Assembly: GCA_964392705.1 (NCBI GenBank)
Contig: CAYMQZ010000001.1
Location: 8,155-72,154 of the forward strand
Direction: 5' to 3'
Source of the DNA: an uncultured Gemmatimonadota bacterium
GTDB lineage: Bacteria > Gemmatimonadota > Gemmatimonadetes > Palauibacterales > Palauibacteraceae
DNA length: 64,000 bases
The notes under the pieces were generated by a model. The model was not told where the DNA came from, searched no databases, and saw nothing but the letters and a program-made list of their open reading frames with translations. The position numbers and the translations under genes were made by a program. Every line of letters starts with the position of its first letter. Position 1 is the stretch's first letter. Shown here one piece after another: positions 18,776-27,947 of this stretch.

Positions 18776-18994
18776 ATGAAGGTCTTCACGCCGGATGAAG
18801 TCGCGAGCGCTGCGGGCAACAAGTATCTGGGAGTGCTCGTGACGGCGAAGTACGCGCGCGAGCTCAACGCGTTGCCGCTCGAGCGGTCGCCGTACGGAGC
18901 GGTCAAGCTCACCACGCTGGCGCTGCGGGCGCTCACGGATCCCGAGGGCGGGCTGGACTTCCGACTCGTGACGCATCGGGGCGCTTCGCCCTGA
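18776..18994 (+). CDS. rpoZ: DNA-directed RNA polymerase subunit omega
   Basis: NKYLGVLVTAKYARELN matches the omega-subunit core. 72 aa, between gmk and coaBC as in many bacteria. Confidence 0.88.
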   Translation: MKVFTPDEVASAAGNKYLGVLVTAKYARELNALPLERSPYGAVKLTTLALRALTDPEGGLDFRLVTHRGASP

Positions 18995-20184
18995 GGCCGT
19001 TCGACGGACGCCGCATCCTCCTGGTCGTCTCCGGGGGGATCGCGGCGTACAAGAGCGCCTATCTCGCCCGGCGGCTGATCGAAGCCGGCGCGACTGTTGA
19101 CGTCCTGCTGACGCGGGGCGCGCAGAAATTCATCGGAGAGGCCACCTTCGAGGGCCTTACCGGGCGCCCCGTCCACCTCGACCTGTGGGAGCGGCCGATG
19201 GCCCACCTCCAGCTCGGTCTGCGGGCCGACGTGGCGGTGGTCGCCCCGGCCACGGCGGACCTGCTGTCGCGGCTCGCCCGGGGGGCGGCCGACGACCTGG
19301 CTACGGCGGCGTTGCTGGCGGCGCCCTGCCCGGTGCTGCTCTGCCCGGCGATGAACCCGCGCATGTGGGAGCACCCGGCCACGCGCCGAAACGTGGAGCT
19401 GCTGAAGGGCTTCGGGCACCGCGTTCTCGGTCCGGCCCGCGGAGAGCTGGCGGAGGGCGAGACCGGGGTGGGTCGGATGGCGGAGCCGGAGGAGATCCGG
19501 GCCAGGCTGGGGCGGATCCTGGAGCCGCGGGGCCCGCTGCGGGGCCGGAGGGTGGTCGTGACGGCGGGCCCGACTCGGGCCCCGCTGGACCCGGTCCGTT
19601 ACGTCGGCAACCGTTCGTCGGGCCGGATGGGCTTCGCGCTGGCGGGCTCGGCCTGGCGCCGGGGCGCCGACGTCGTGCTCATCTCGGGGCCGTCCTCGGC
19701 CCCGCGTCCGGCGGGGCCGAGGACGGTCGAGGTGGAGACGTCGGAGGAGATGCTGACGGCGCTCCGCGAGGAGCTCGGCGCGGCGTCGGTGCTCCTGATG
19801 GCCGCGGCGGTCTCGGACTTCGAGGCAGAAAGGCCCCGGGACCGGAAGATCAAGAAGGAGGAGGCCGAGACCCTGGAGGTCGAGCTCCGGGCGGGTCCCG
19901 ACCTCCTGGAGGAGACGCTGGAGGCCCGTAGCGCGGCGGGCATCCTCACGGTCGGGTTCGCTCTCGAGACCGAGGATGCCCTGGAGAACGGCCGTCGCAA
20001 GCTGGAGCGCAAGGGCCTGGACTTCGTCGCCGTCAACGAGACGGGAGCGGACTCGGGCTTCGAGGCCGAGACGAACCGCGTCACCCTCCTGGACCGGTGG
20101 GGAAACGTGGAGGAGCTGCCGCTCCTTCGGAAGGAGGAGGTGGCCGACCGACTGCTGGACCGGGTGGAGGAACGGCTGGCCTGA
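18991..20184 (+). CDS. coaBC: Bifunctional phosphopantothenoylcysteine decarboxylase / phosphopantothenate-cysteine ligase; no canonical start codon found
   Basis: Flavoprotein N-terminus RILLVVSGGIAAYKSAYLARRL and ligase domain GPTRAPLDPVRYVGNRSSGRMG. The frame is open back to the rpoZ stop. The nearest candidate start is CTG at 18991, overlapping the rpoZ TGA. Confidence 0.8.
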   Translation: MRPFDGRRILLVVSGGIAAYKSAYLARRLIEAGATVDVLLTRGAQKFIGEATFEGLTGRPVHLDLWERPMAHLQLGLRADVAVVAPATADLLSRLARGAADDLATAALLAAPCPVLLCPAMNPRMWEHPATRRNVELLKGFGHRVLGPARGELAEGETGVGRMAEPEEIRARLGRILEPRGPLRGRRVVVTAGPTRAPLDPVRYVGNRSSGRMGFALAGSAWRRGADVVLISGPSSAPRPAGPRTVEVETSEEMLTALREELGAASVLLMAAAVSDFEAERPRDRKIKKEEAETLEVELRAGPDLLEETLEARSAAGILTVGFALETEDALENGRRKLERKGLDFVAVNETGADSGFEAETNRVTLLDRWGNVEELPLLRKEEVADRLLDRVEERLA

Positions 20185-20268
20185 GCGAAGCTCCCGGCGC
20201 GGCTCCCCAAGGGGTCCCGTGACGCGACCCGCTCGAGCCCGTCGGCGACCGGCTGCCATGGGAGGGAC

Positions 20269-21210
20269 GTGAAAGAGCTGCTGCAGCGGTACCTGGAGAC
20301 CCGCATCTCGCTGGACGATCCCGAGGTCGTCCTCGCCGGGATGAGCCGGTCCGACGCCCTGCGGGCCGCCCGCCGGCTCGCGCTCGGCGGCCGCCGCCGG
20401 CCGGGCTCCCGCGCGACGGGAGCGAGCGCCTCGGAGCCGAAGGCCGCGCCTCGTGCGTCGGCGAAGCGCGCCGCAGATGCCGGCGATCCCTCCACGCCGC
20501 GCCCCGGCGCCCCGGCTCCGGCGAGCGCCTCGGAGGGCGAGGTGGAGCTGCGCGAGGAGGAGATCGCCCGACTCCGCTCCGAGGCCGACGCGGCCGAGCT
20601 GCGCGTCCTCCCCAACCTCGCCACCCTGCGCGGCGTCGCCGTCGGCTGCACGCGCTGCGGGCTTCAGGCGGGGCGGCGGAACGTCGTGTTCGGGGAGGGC
20701 AGCCCCGGCGCTCGGGTCGTTTGTGTGGGCGAGGCGCCGGGCGCGAAGGAGGACGAGACCGGCCGACCGTTCGTGGGGCGGGCGGGACAGCTGCTCGACC
20801 GGCTGCTGCTCACGGCGGGGTTCGCGCGGGAGGAGGTCTACATCTGCAACGTCCTCAAGTGTCGGCCGCCGGGAAATCGGGATCCCCGGCCCGAAGAGAT
20901 CGAGGCCTGCTCCCCCTACCTGTTGCGCCAGCTGGAGCTGATCGATCCGGAGGTGATCGTGGCGTTCGGGACCTTCGCGGCGCGGACCCTCCTGGAGGCG
21001 CGGGAGTCGCTGGGCAGGCTCCGCGGCCGGACCCACCTGTACGCCGGGTACCCCGTCGTGGTCACCTATCACCCGGCGGCCCTGCTCCGGAATCCGGGCT
21101 GGACGCGACCCACGTGGGAGGATCTCCAGCGCGCCCGGCGCATCGTGGAGGAGGGAGGAGGGCGGGTCGCCGCGAGGACGGGCCCGGCCCAGGGAGGCCT
21201 GTTTGGCTGA
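20269..21210 (+). CDS. Uracil-DNA glycosylase, family 4 (4Fe-4S), with about 120-aa low-complexity N-terminal extension
   Basis: [21 protein letters not shown] and [14 protein letters not shown], with a CTRCGL cysteine cluster. GTG start at 20269 preceded by GGGAGGGA. Confidence 0.85.
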   Translation: MKELLQRYLETRISLDDPEVVLAGMSRSDALRAARRLALGGRRRPGSRATGASASEPKAAPRASAKRAADAGDPSTPRPGAPAPASASEGEVELREEEIARLRSEADAAELRVLPNLATLRGVAVGCTRCGLQAGRRNVVFGEGSPGARVVCVGEAPGAKEDETGRPFVGRAGQLLDRLLLTAGFAREEVYICNVLKCRPPGNRDPRPEEIEACSPYLLRQLELIDPEVIVAFGTFAARTLLEARESLGRLRGRTHLYAGYPVVVTYHPAALLRNPGWTRPTWEDLQRARRIVEEGGGRVAARTGPAQGGLFG

Positions 21211-22597
21211 TCCCGCGCTCTCCGTCCGGGACGTCGAGTCGTTCGGCGGTCGCCAGCCCCCCTGGTCCGAGGAGGCCGAGATCTCCGTCCTCGGCGCCAT
21301 GCTCATCGACGGAGACGCGGTGGCGCAGGCCGTCGAGCTGGTCGACGACGCGGCGTTCTACCGGGAGGCGAACCGGCGGATCTTCCGCGCGATGGCGCGC
21401 CTCTACAACCGCGGCGAAGTGATCGACGTCGTCACGCTGGCCGACGATCTCAAGTCGGCCGGCGAGCTGGAATCCGCGGGTGGGATGGCCTACCTGGCCC
21501 AGCTGGTCGACGCCGTCCCGACGGCCGCCAACGTCGAGTATCACTGCCGCATCCTGCGGGACAAGGCGGTCCTGCGCCGCCTCATCGAGTCGGCCACCGA
21601 GATCGTTCGGGACGCCTACGAGGCTCCGGCGGGCGAGGTGGACGAGACGCTCGACCGGGCCGAGCAGCGGATCTTCGAGATCGCGCAGGCGAGCCAGCGA
21701 TCGGGCTTCGTCTGGATCAAGGAGATCCTGTGGCCTACGTTCGAGCGGATCGAGGAGCTGCAGCGCAGCCCCGGCACCGTCACGGGGGTCCCGACGGGGT
21801 TCCCGGACCTGGACCACATGACCTCGGGCCTCCAGACGTCCGATCTGGTCATCCTGGCCGGCCGGCCCTCGATGGGGAAGACGGCGCTGGCGCTCAACCT
21901 GGCCCAGCACGCGGCGATCGAGGCCGAGATCCCGGTGGCGATCTTCTCCCTCGAGATGGCGAAGGAGCAGCTCGTCCAGCGCCTGCTGTGCGCCGAGGGA
22001 CGCGTCGACTCGAGCCGCCTGCGACGAGGGAGCCTGGAGGACGACGAATACGCCCGCCTCGCGACCGCGGCGGGCCACCTGAACACGGCGCCGATCTGGA
22101 TCGACGACACGCCGGCGATCTCGGCGCTCGAGCTGCGGGCCAAGGCCCGGCGCCTCCGCGCCGAGGTGGACCTCGGCCTCATCATCGTGGACTACCTGCA
22201 GCTGATGTCCGGGCCCCGCAACGTGGAGAACCGCCAGCAGGAGATCAGCACGATCTCCCGCTCGCTGAAGGCCGTGGCCAAGGAGCTGGGCGTCCCGATC
22301 CTGGCCATCTCGCAGCTCTCCCGCGCTCCGGAGCAGCGTACGGATCACCGCCCCGTGCTGGCGGACCTCCGGGAATCGGGAGCGATCGAGCAGGACGCCG
22401 ACCTGGTCCTGTTCGTCTTCCGCGAGGAGGTGTACAAGAGCCGGGACGAGATCCTGGCCGACCCCTCGCTCGAGGGGAAGGCCGAGCTGATCATCGGGAA
22501 GCAGCGCAACGGTCCGACGGGCGACGTTCCGCTCTACTTCCACAAGCCCTACACGCTGTTCGACTCGGTCTCGCGCCGCGAGCGGGACGAGGCTTGA
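21203..22597 (+). CDS. dnaB: Replicative DNA helicase DnaB
   Basis: EAEISVLGAMLID, Walker A GRPSMGKTALAL and IIVDYLQLM. TTG start at 21203 with AGGGAGG 5 nt upstream. It overlaps the udg end by 8 nt. No intein is present. Confidence 0.9.
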   Translation: MADPALSVRDVESFGGRQPPWSEEAEISVLGAMLIDGDAVAQAVELVDDAAFYREANRRIFRAMARLYNRGEVIDVVTLADDLKSAGELESAGGMAYLAQLVDAVPTAANVEYHCRILRDKAVLRRLIESATEIVRDAYEAPAGEVDETLDRAEQRIFEIAQASQRSGFVWIKEILWPTFERIEELQRSPGTVTGVPTGFPDLDHMTSGLQTSDLVILAGRPSMGKTALALNLAQHAAIEAEIPVAIFSLEMAKEQLVQRLLCAEGRVDSSRLRRGSLEDDEYARLATAAGHLNTAPIWIDDTPAISALELRAKARRLRAEVDLGLIIVDYLQLMSGPRNVENRQQEISTISRSLKAVAKELGVPILAISQLSRAPEQRTDHRPVLADLRESGAIEQDADLVLFVFREEVYKSRDEILADPSLEGKAELIIGKQRNGPTGDVPLYFHKPYTLFDSVSRRERDEA

Positions 22598-22621
22598 CGA
22601 AGCGGGATCGCGCATAGCCCG

Positions 22622-23992
22622 GTGCCCTCCGTCGAGGTCCGCTTCGCCTGTACGGCCTGCAGCCGCGAGACGCTTCGCTGGGAGGGGCGCTGCCCCGGAT
22701 GCGGCGAGTGGAACTCCCTCGTCGAGGTGCGGCGCGAGACGGGAGGTACGCCCCTCCGCTCGCGGACCCCCGGACGGGCGGAAGCCGCGCCCCTGCCCCT
22801 CTCCGCCGCCGGAGACGGCACGCCCGAGCGGGCGGCGACGGGTCTCGGCGAGCTGGATCTCGTGCTGGGAGGCGGTCTCGTGCCGGGATCGCTGGTCCTG
22901 CTGGGGGGTCCCCCCGGTATCGGCAAGTCCACCCTGCTCCTGCAGCTGGCGGCCCGTCACCGGGCCGGCCGGGGGCGCGTCCTCTACGCCTCCGGGGAGG
23001 AGTCGGCCGAGCAGGTGCGCCTGCGGGCGAGGCGCCTCGGCGGAGGTGCCGAGGCCGTCCACTTCCTGGCCGAGACGGAGGTCGAGCGCCTCGTCGCGGC
23101 CGCCTCCCGGCTCGAGCCCACGCTGCTCTGCGTGGATTCGGTCCAGACGTTGCGGAGTCGCGAGCGGAGCTCGCCCCCCGGGACGGTGAACCAGGTACGG
23201 GAATGCGCCGCCGGCCTCCAGGGGTGGGCGAAGGCGGCCGGCACGGCGACCTTCCTGGTCGGGCACGTGACGAAGGGGGGCGCGCTGGCCGGGCCGCGCA
23301 CGCTGGAGCACCTGGTGGACGTCGTGCTCCATTTCGAGGGACCGAGCGGCTCGGCGCACCGTATCCTGCGAGCGACGAAGAACCGGTTCGGCGGCGTGGG
23401 CGAGGTGGCCGTGTTCCGCATGACGGAGGCGGGCCTCCTGCCCGTCCCGGATCCGGCCACCGCCTTCCTCGAGGGCCGGCGGCGCGGGGCGAGCGGCTCG
23501 GCGGTGGCCGTGCCCCTGGAGGGCTCCCGCCCGTTGCTGGCCGAGGTGCAGGCGCTGAGCGCTCCGAGCCGCGTGGCCTCGCCGCGGCGGATGACGACCG
23601 GCTTCCCGTCGCGACGGCTCTCGATGCTGTTGGCGGTGCTGGAGCGACGCGCCGGCCTGGCGCTGGGCGCGGCCGACGTGTTCGTGAACGTGGCGGGCGG
23701 GCTCCGGCTGGGCGACCCGGCCACGGATCTGGCCGTGGTGGCGGCCCTCGTCTCGGCGGAGCTCGACCGGCCGGTCCCGGGCGAGTTGGCCTTCATCGGC
23801 GAGGTGGGCCTCGGGGGCGAGGTGCGGGGCGCCGCCCAGATCGAGCGCCGGCTCCGGGAGGTGGCCCGCGGCGGGCTCGCCGGCGCCGTCCTGCCCCCGG
23901 GGACGGCCGTCGAGCTCGACGGCCTTCCCGCGCGCGAGGTGGAGCACGTGGGCGAGGTGGTGGCGCTGATCCGGCGAGGCCGGAGCCCGTGA
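22622..23992 (+). CDS. radA: DNA repair protein RadA/Sms
   Basis: N-terminal zinc finger CTACSRETLRWEGRCPGCGEW, Walker A GGPPGIGKSTLLLQ, KNRFG motif, and a Lon-like C-terminal domain. Confidence 0.92.
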   Translation: MPSVEVRFACTACSRETLRWEGRCPGCGEWNSLVEVRRETGGTPLRSRTPGRAEAAPLPLSAAGDGTPERAATGLGELDLVLGGGLVPGSLVLLGGPPGIGKSTLLLQLAARHRAGRGRVLYASGEESAEQVRLRARRLGGGAEAVHFLAETEVERLVAAASRLEPTLLCVDSVQTLRSRERSSPPGTVNQVRECAAGLQGWAKAAGTATFLVGHVTKGGALAGPRTLEHLVDVVLHFEGPSGSAHRILRATKNRFGGVGEVAVFRMTEAGLLPVPDPATAFLEGRRRGASGSAVAVPLEGSRPLLAEVQALSAPSRVASPRRMTTGFPSRRLSMLLAVLERRAGLALGAADVFVNVAGGLRLGDPATDLAVVAALVSAELDRPVPGELAFIGEVGLGGEVRGAAQIERRLREVARGGLAGAVLPPGTAVELDGLPAREVEHVGEVVALIRRGRSP

Positions 23993-24636
23993 GGTTCGAG
24001 GAGATCGCGGCGCCCGCCGAGGGGCCGGGCTCGAGGAGGGCGGTGCGGCGCGCGGCGAGTCGGCTGCGGCGCGGGGGCATCGTCGTGCATCCGACCGCGA
24101 CGGTGTACGGGTTGGGGGCGCGGGTGACGCGCGACCTGGACGAAGAGCTGGCCCGGCTCAAGAGCCGTCCTCCGGGGAAGCCGTTCGTACGCCTGGCCCC
24201 GGATCTGGAGGCGGCCCGCTCGGCCGCGGCTCGGGACGGATGGGACGATCGGGCGGAGCGGCTGGCCCGCGAGTTCTGGCCAGGTGCGCTCACGTTGGTG
24301 CTGGACGACGGGTCGCCCGACGGCCTCGCGGTGCGGGTGGACTCGCACCCGGTCGTCCTGGCGCTGCTGGCGGAGCTGCGGGAGCTGATGAGCTCGACGA
24401 GCGTGAACCGCGGCGGCGACCGGCCCGCGTGGGATCCCCCGGACGTTCGTGCCGAGCTCGAGCGGATGCCGGGCACGGAGCGGCCGGTGCTGCTCCTCGA
24501 TGCGGGGCCGGCGGCGCGGAAGGTGCCCTCCACGCTCCTCTCGCTGCGCGAGCGCGGCCCGCCGCGGCTGCTCAGGGCCGGGGCGGTCGACGTACGGGAG
24601 ATCGAGGCGTGCCTCGAGGAGACGGTGGTCCGATGA
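23989..24636 (+). CDS. tsaC: L-threonylcarbamoyladenylate synthase (TsaC/YrdC domain)
   Basis: HPTATVYGLGA core and YrdC length. GTG start overlaps the radA stop (GTGA). It occupies the tail of an alternative-frame 645-aa ORF. Confidence 0.8.
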   Translation: MRFEEIAAPAEGPGSRRAVRRAASRLRRGGIVVHPTATVYGLGARVTRDLDEELARLKSRPPGKPFVRLAPDLEAARSAAARDGWDDRAERLAREFWPGALTLVLDDGSPDGLAVRVDSHPVVLALLAELRELMSSTSVNRGGDRPAWDPPDVRAELERMPGTERPVLLLDAGPAARKVPSTLLSLRERGPPRLLRAGAVDVREIEACLEETVVR

Positions 24637-25160
24637 GCGGCGACAAGGCGCGGAAGAAGGCGGCGGAGGGGCGACGAGCGGAGGGGACGCCGTACCGGAT
24701 CCTGTTCGTGTGCACCGGCAACACGTGCCGCAGCCCCATGGCGGAGGCGATCGGGCGCGCCGAGGCGGAGCGCCGGGGCCGGACCGAGGTGGAGGTCGGA
24801 TCGGCGGGCACCTTCGCGGTGGAGGGCGAGCCCGCTGCCGAGCCGGCCGAGATCGTGGTCCGGCGACACGGGCTGGACCTCGGTCCCCATCGGTCCCGAC
24901 CCCTGCTTCCGGACCTGGTGGCGAAGGCCGACCTGGTGCTCGGCATGACGCGCTCCCACGCGCAGATCGCGCGGGAGCTGGCCTCCGGAACCGACGTGAG
25001 GCTTCTCACCGCCTACCTGCCGGAAGGCCACGAGCGTCGGAACGCTCCCTTGCCCGATCCGGTGGGGGGGAGCCTGGACCAGTACGAGGAGACCTTCGAG
25101 GTGTTGCGCCAGGCGGTGGAGAGGCTGTTCGACACGCTGGAGGAGGAGAGGCGGGGTTGA
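24633..25160 (+). CDS. Low-molecular-weight protein-tyrosine phosphatase
   Basis: CX5R P-loop ILFVCTGNTCRSPMAEA and a DP motif. ATG overlaps the tsaC stop (ATGA). Confidence 0.85.
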   Translation: MSGDKARKKAAEGRRAEGTPYRILFVCTGNTCRSPMAEAIGRAEAERRGRTEVEVGSAGTFAVEGEPAAEPAEIVVRRHGLDLGPHRSRPLLPDLVAKADLVLGMTRSHAQIARELASGTDVRLLTAYLPEGHERRNAPLPDPVGGSLDQYEETFEVLRQAVERLFDTLEEERRG

Positions 25161-25981
25161 GGCTGGCGTTCGGCGTGCTCGGCTCTCCCGTGGCCCACTC
25201 CGTCTCGCCGGCGATCCACCGGGCCGCGTTCGACGCATTGGGCTTCGACGCCACGTACGAGGCGGTCGAGGTCGGGGCGGAGGGGCTTCCGGAGGCGGTT
25301 CGCGCGTGGGCGGCGCGCGGAGGCGGGAACGTCACTCTCCCTCACAAGGAGCGGGCGGCCGCCCTGCTGGATCGTCGATTCGAGGCCGTGATCGCCACCG
25401 GGGCCTGCAACTGCTTCTGGGGCGACGGAGGCGGCGCCCTGGCGGGCGACAACACGGATGTGGGGGGAATACTCGCCGCCGCCGCCGAGCTCCTGGGGGA
25501 GGATGGCCTGACCGGCCGGCGCGTGCTGCTCCTCGGGGCCGGGGGTGCGGCGCGCGCGGCGCTCGCGGCCTGCCTGCGGGCCGGCGCGGCGGCCGTGCAC
25601 GTGCGAAACCGGACGATCGCCCGGGCGCGTCGCATGGTCGCCGAGGTGGCACCGGAGGGTGCCGCCGTGGAGATCCTGGAGGCGGGCCGGGCGATCGAGC
25701 CCGGCTACGACCTCGCGATCAACGCGACCAGCCTGGGCCTCGAGCCGGACGACCCCCCTCCTCCGGGGGCGGCCGCCTGCGCGGGAGCGGCCCTGGACCT
25801 GGTCTACGCCGCCGGCGAGACCCGCTGGGTCCGGGACGCGCGGGCCGAGGGAATCCCGGCCCTGGATGGGCTGAGCGCCCTCGTCGGTCAGGCCGCGCTC
25901 TCGCTCCGACGCTGGTTCCCGGGCGTGGAGCCGCCGCTGGCGGCCATGCGCCGCGCCGCCGAGCGGAGCCTGGGCCGGTGA
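25157..25981 (+). CDS. aroE: Shikimate dehydrogenase
   Basis: LGSPVAHSVSPAIH, NVTLPHK, GDNTD and LLGAGGAARA. TTG start overlaps the phosphatase stop (TTGA), with AGGAGGAGAGG upstream. Confidence 0.85.
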   Translation: MRLAFGVLGSPVAHSVSPAIHRAAFDALGFDATYEAVEVGAEGLPEAVRAWAARGGGNVTLPHKERAAALLDRRFEAVIATGACNCFWGDGGGALAGDNTDVGGILAAAAELLGEDGLTGRRVLLLGAGGAARAALAACLRAGAAAVHVRNRTIARARRMVAEVAPEGAAVEILEAGRAIEPGYDLAINATSLGLEPDDPPPPGAAACAGAALDLVYAAGETRWVRDARAEGIPALDGLSALVGQAALSLRRWFPGVEPPLAAMRRAAERSLGR

Positions 25982-26736
25982 GAGCGCGGATCGCCGGGAC
26001 CCTGGGCCGACGCTTGCGGGCCGCGGCGGAGCTTCTCGTCCCGCCGGCCTGCGTCGTGTGCGGTCGCGGACAGCCTCCCGGCCGTCCGCCGCTGTGCCGC
26101 TTGTGTCGGAGCCGGCTGCCCGCCCTCCCACCTCCGCTCTGCGCACGCTGCGGCGCGCCCTCGACGGGGCCGGTCGCCGCGTGCGCCTCCTGCCAGGGCT
26201 GGTCGCCGGATGTGCCCCGCTGCGCGGCGCCCTTCGCGATGAGGGACGGGGCCGCCCGCCTGGTGCGGGCGCTCAAGTACGGGCGCTGGGAGGCCCTGGC
26301 GGAGCCGATGGGGCGGACGATGCTCGGGAGCGCGCTGCGGCTGGCCGGCCCGGAGAAGCCGCGGCCGACGTTGGTCCCGGTGCCCCTGTCGCCCGCCCGC
26401 CTCCGCGAGCGGGGGTTCAACCAGGCGGAGCGGCTGGCGACGGGACTCGCCTCCGTCGCCGGCTGGCCGGTGGCGGCGGCCCTGGAGCGGCGGCGGCCCG
26501 CGCGCCGTCAGGCCCGATTGGGACGGCGCGGGCGGAGCGCGAACGTCCGGGGTCTGTTCCGGGTCGCCGACGCGACGACCCGCGGCCCGGCGCCGGCGCG
26601 GGTCCTGCTCGTCGACGACGTCGTGACGACGGGCGCGACGGCCGAGGCGTGCGCCCGGGCGTTGCGGAAGGCTGGATCGACCCCGGTCGGCGTGGTAAGC
26701 TTCGCACGGGCCTTGCACCGCCTGGAGGTGCCGTAG
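25978..26736 (+). CDS. comF: ComF-family protein (phosphoribosyltransferase domain with N-terminal Cys-rich zinc ribbon)
   Basis: CVVCGR...CRLC...CARCG...CASC cysteine cluster. PRTase motif VLLVDDVVTTGATAEA. GTG start overlaps the aroE stop (GTGA). Confidence 0.8.
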   Translation: MRARIAGTLGRRLRAAAELLVPPACVVCGRGQPPGRPPLCRLCRSRLPALPPPLCARCGAPSTGPVAACASCQGWSPDVPRCAAPFAMRDGAARLVRALKYGRWEALAEPMGRTMLGSALRLAGPEKPRPTLVPVPLSPARLRERGFNQAERLATGLASVAGWPVAAALERRRPARRQARLGRRGRSANVRGLFRVADATTRGPAPARVLLVDDVVTTGATAEACARALRKAGSTPVGVVSFARALHRLEVP

Positions 26737-26790
26737 CGGCACGCGGCGACCGCCGGCAGGGGGGCGAGCCGCGGCGAGCGAGACGACCAG

Positions 26791-26810
26791 ACTGACCCAA
26801 ACTGACCCAA
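26791..26810 (+). repeat. Perfect tandem direct repeat (ACTGACCCAA)x2 immediately upstream of gap
   Basis: Read directly from the sequence: cag ACTGACCCAA ACTGACCCAA caag. It sits 21-40 nt upstream of the gap ATG at 26831, in a locally AT-richer spacer. Confidence 0.6.
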
Positions 26811-26830
26811 CAAGAGCGAGGCGGAGCCTC

Positions 26831-27856
26831 ATGTCCCTTCGAGTCGCGATCAACGGGTTCGGACGCATCGGGCGCAACATCCTGCGAGCCGCCAGGCAGG
26901 CGGGAGCGGACCTGGACTTCGTCGCGGTCAACGACCTGACGGATGCCGAGACCCTGGGCCACCTCCTGCGCTACGATTCCGTCCACGGCCGGTTCGCCGG
27001 AGAGGTCGAGGTCGCCGACGGCGAGCTGCTCGTGAACGGAGACCGGATGCAGGTGCTCTCGGAGCGGGACCCGGCGGAGCTGCCCTGGGACGACCTGGGA
27101 GTGGACGTCGTGTTCGAGTCGACCGGCGTGTTCCGGGAGCGTGCCGCGGCCGCCAAGCACCTCGAGGGCGGGGCCCGGAAGGTCATCATCACGGCCCCGG
27201 CCAAGGGGCCGGACGTGACCATCGTGGTCGGCGTGAACTCGGACGACTACGATCCGGAGGCGCACGACGTCGTCTCCAACGCCAGCTGCACGACGAACTG
27301 CATCGCGCCGGTCGTCAAGGTGGTCCTGGAGGAGTTCGGGTTCGACAGCGGCCTGATGACGACCGTTCACAGCTACACGAACGACCAGCAGCTCCTGGAC
27401 CTCCCTCACAAGGACCTGCGCCGGGCGCGGGCGGCGGCCATGTCCATCATTCCCACGACGACGGGGGCGGCGCGGGCCACCGGCCTGGTGATCCCCGAGG
27501 TGCAGGGGAAGCTCGACGGCATGGCGATGCGCGTGCCGACCCCCGACGTCTCGATCGTGGACCTGGTGGCCCGGGTGGAGCGCCCCACGTCCGTCGAGGA
27601 GGTGAACGACGCCTTCCGTCGCAGGGCGGAGGGAGACCTGTCGGGCATCCTGGCCTACAGCGACGAGCCGCTCGTGTCGGTCGATTATACGGGGCACCCG
27701 GCCAGCTCGATCCTGGACGCCCTCTCGACCGCCGTGATCGACGGAAGGCTGGTGAAGGTCGTCGCCTGGTACGACAACGAGTGGGGCTACTCCCGCCGCT
27801 GCGTGGACCTGGCGACCTTCGTCGGCGAGCGGTTGCCGGCCCGGGCCGGGGCGTGA
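26831..27856 (+). CDS. gap: Glyceraldehyde-3-phosphate dehydrogenase
   Basis: INGFGRIGR and SNASCTTNCIAPV, full length. Confidence 0.95.
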   Translation: MSLRVAINGFGRIGRNILRAARQAGADLDFVAVNDLTDAETLGHLLRYDSVHGRFAGEVEVADGELLVNGDRMQVLSERDPAELPWDDLGVDVVFESTGVFRERAAAAKHLEGGARKVIITAPAKGPDVTIVVGVNSDDYDPEAHDVVSNASCTTNCIAPVVKVVLEEFGFDSGLMTTVHSYTNDQQLLDLPHKDLRRARAAAMSIIPTTTGAARATGLVIPEVQGKLDGMAMRVPTPDVSIVDLVARVERPTSVEEVNDAFRRRAEGDLSGILAYSDEPLVSVDYTGHPASSILDALSTAVIDGRLVKVVAWYDNEWGYSRRCVDLATFVGERLPARAGA

Positions 27857-27947
27857 CGCGGACCGCCCATCCGACGTCGCCAGCCGCAGCGCCGGCGCTC
27901 CCGCCGCCGGATCGCCCCGCGGTCGGCGCCGCGATCCCCCGCGCGCG

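Noticed and set aside
22699-24636. 645-aa plus-strand ORF overlapping radA
   Set aside because: Low-complexity sequence except for the last 215 aa, which are TsaC starting at GTG 23989. The rest is the radA alternative frame.
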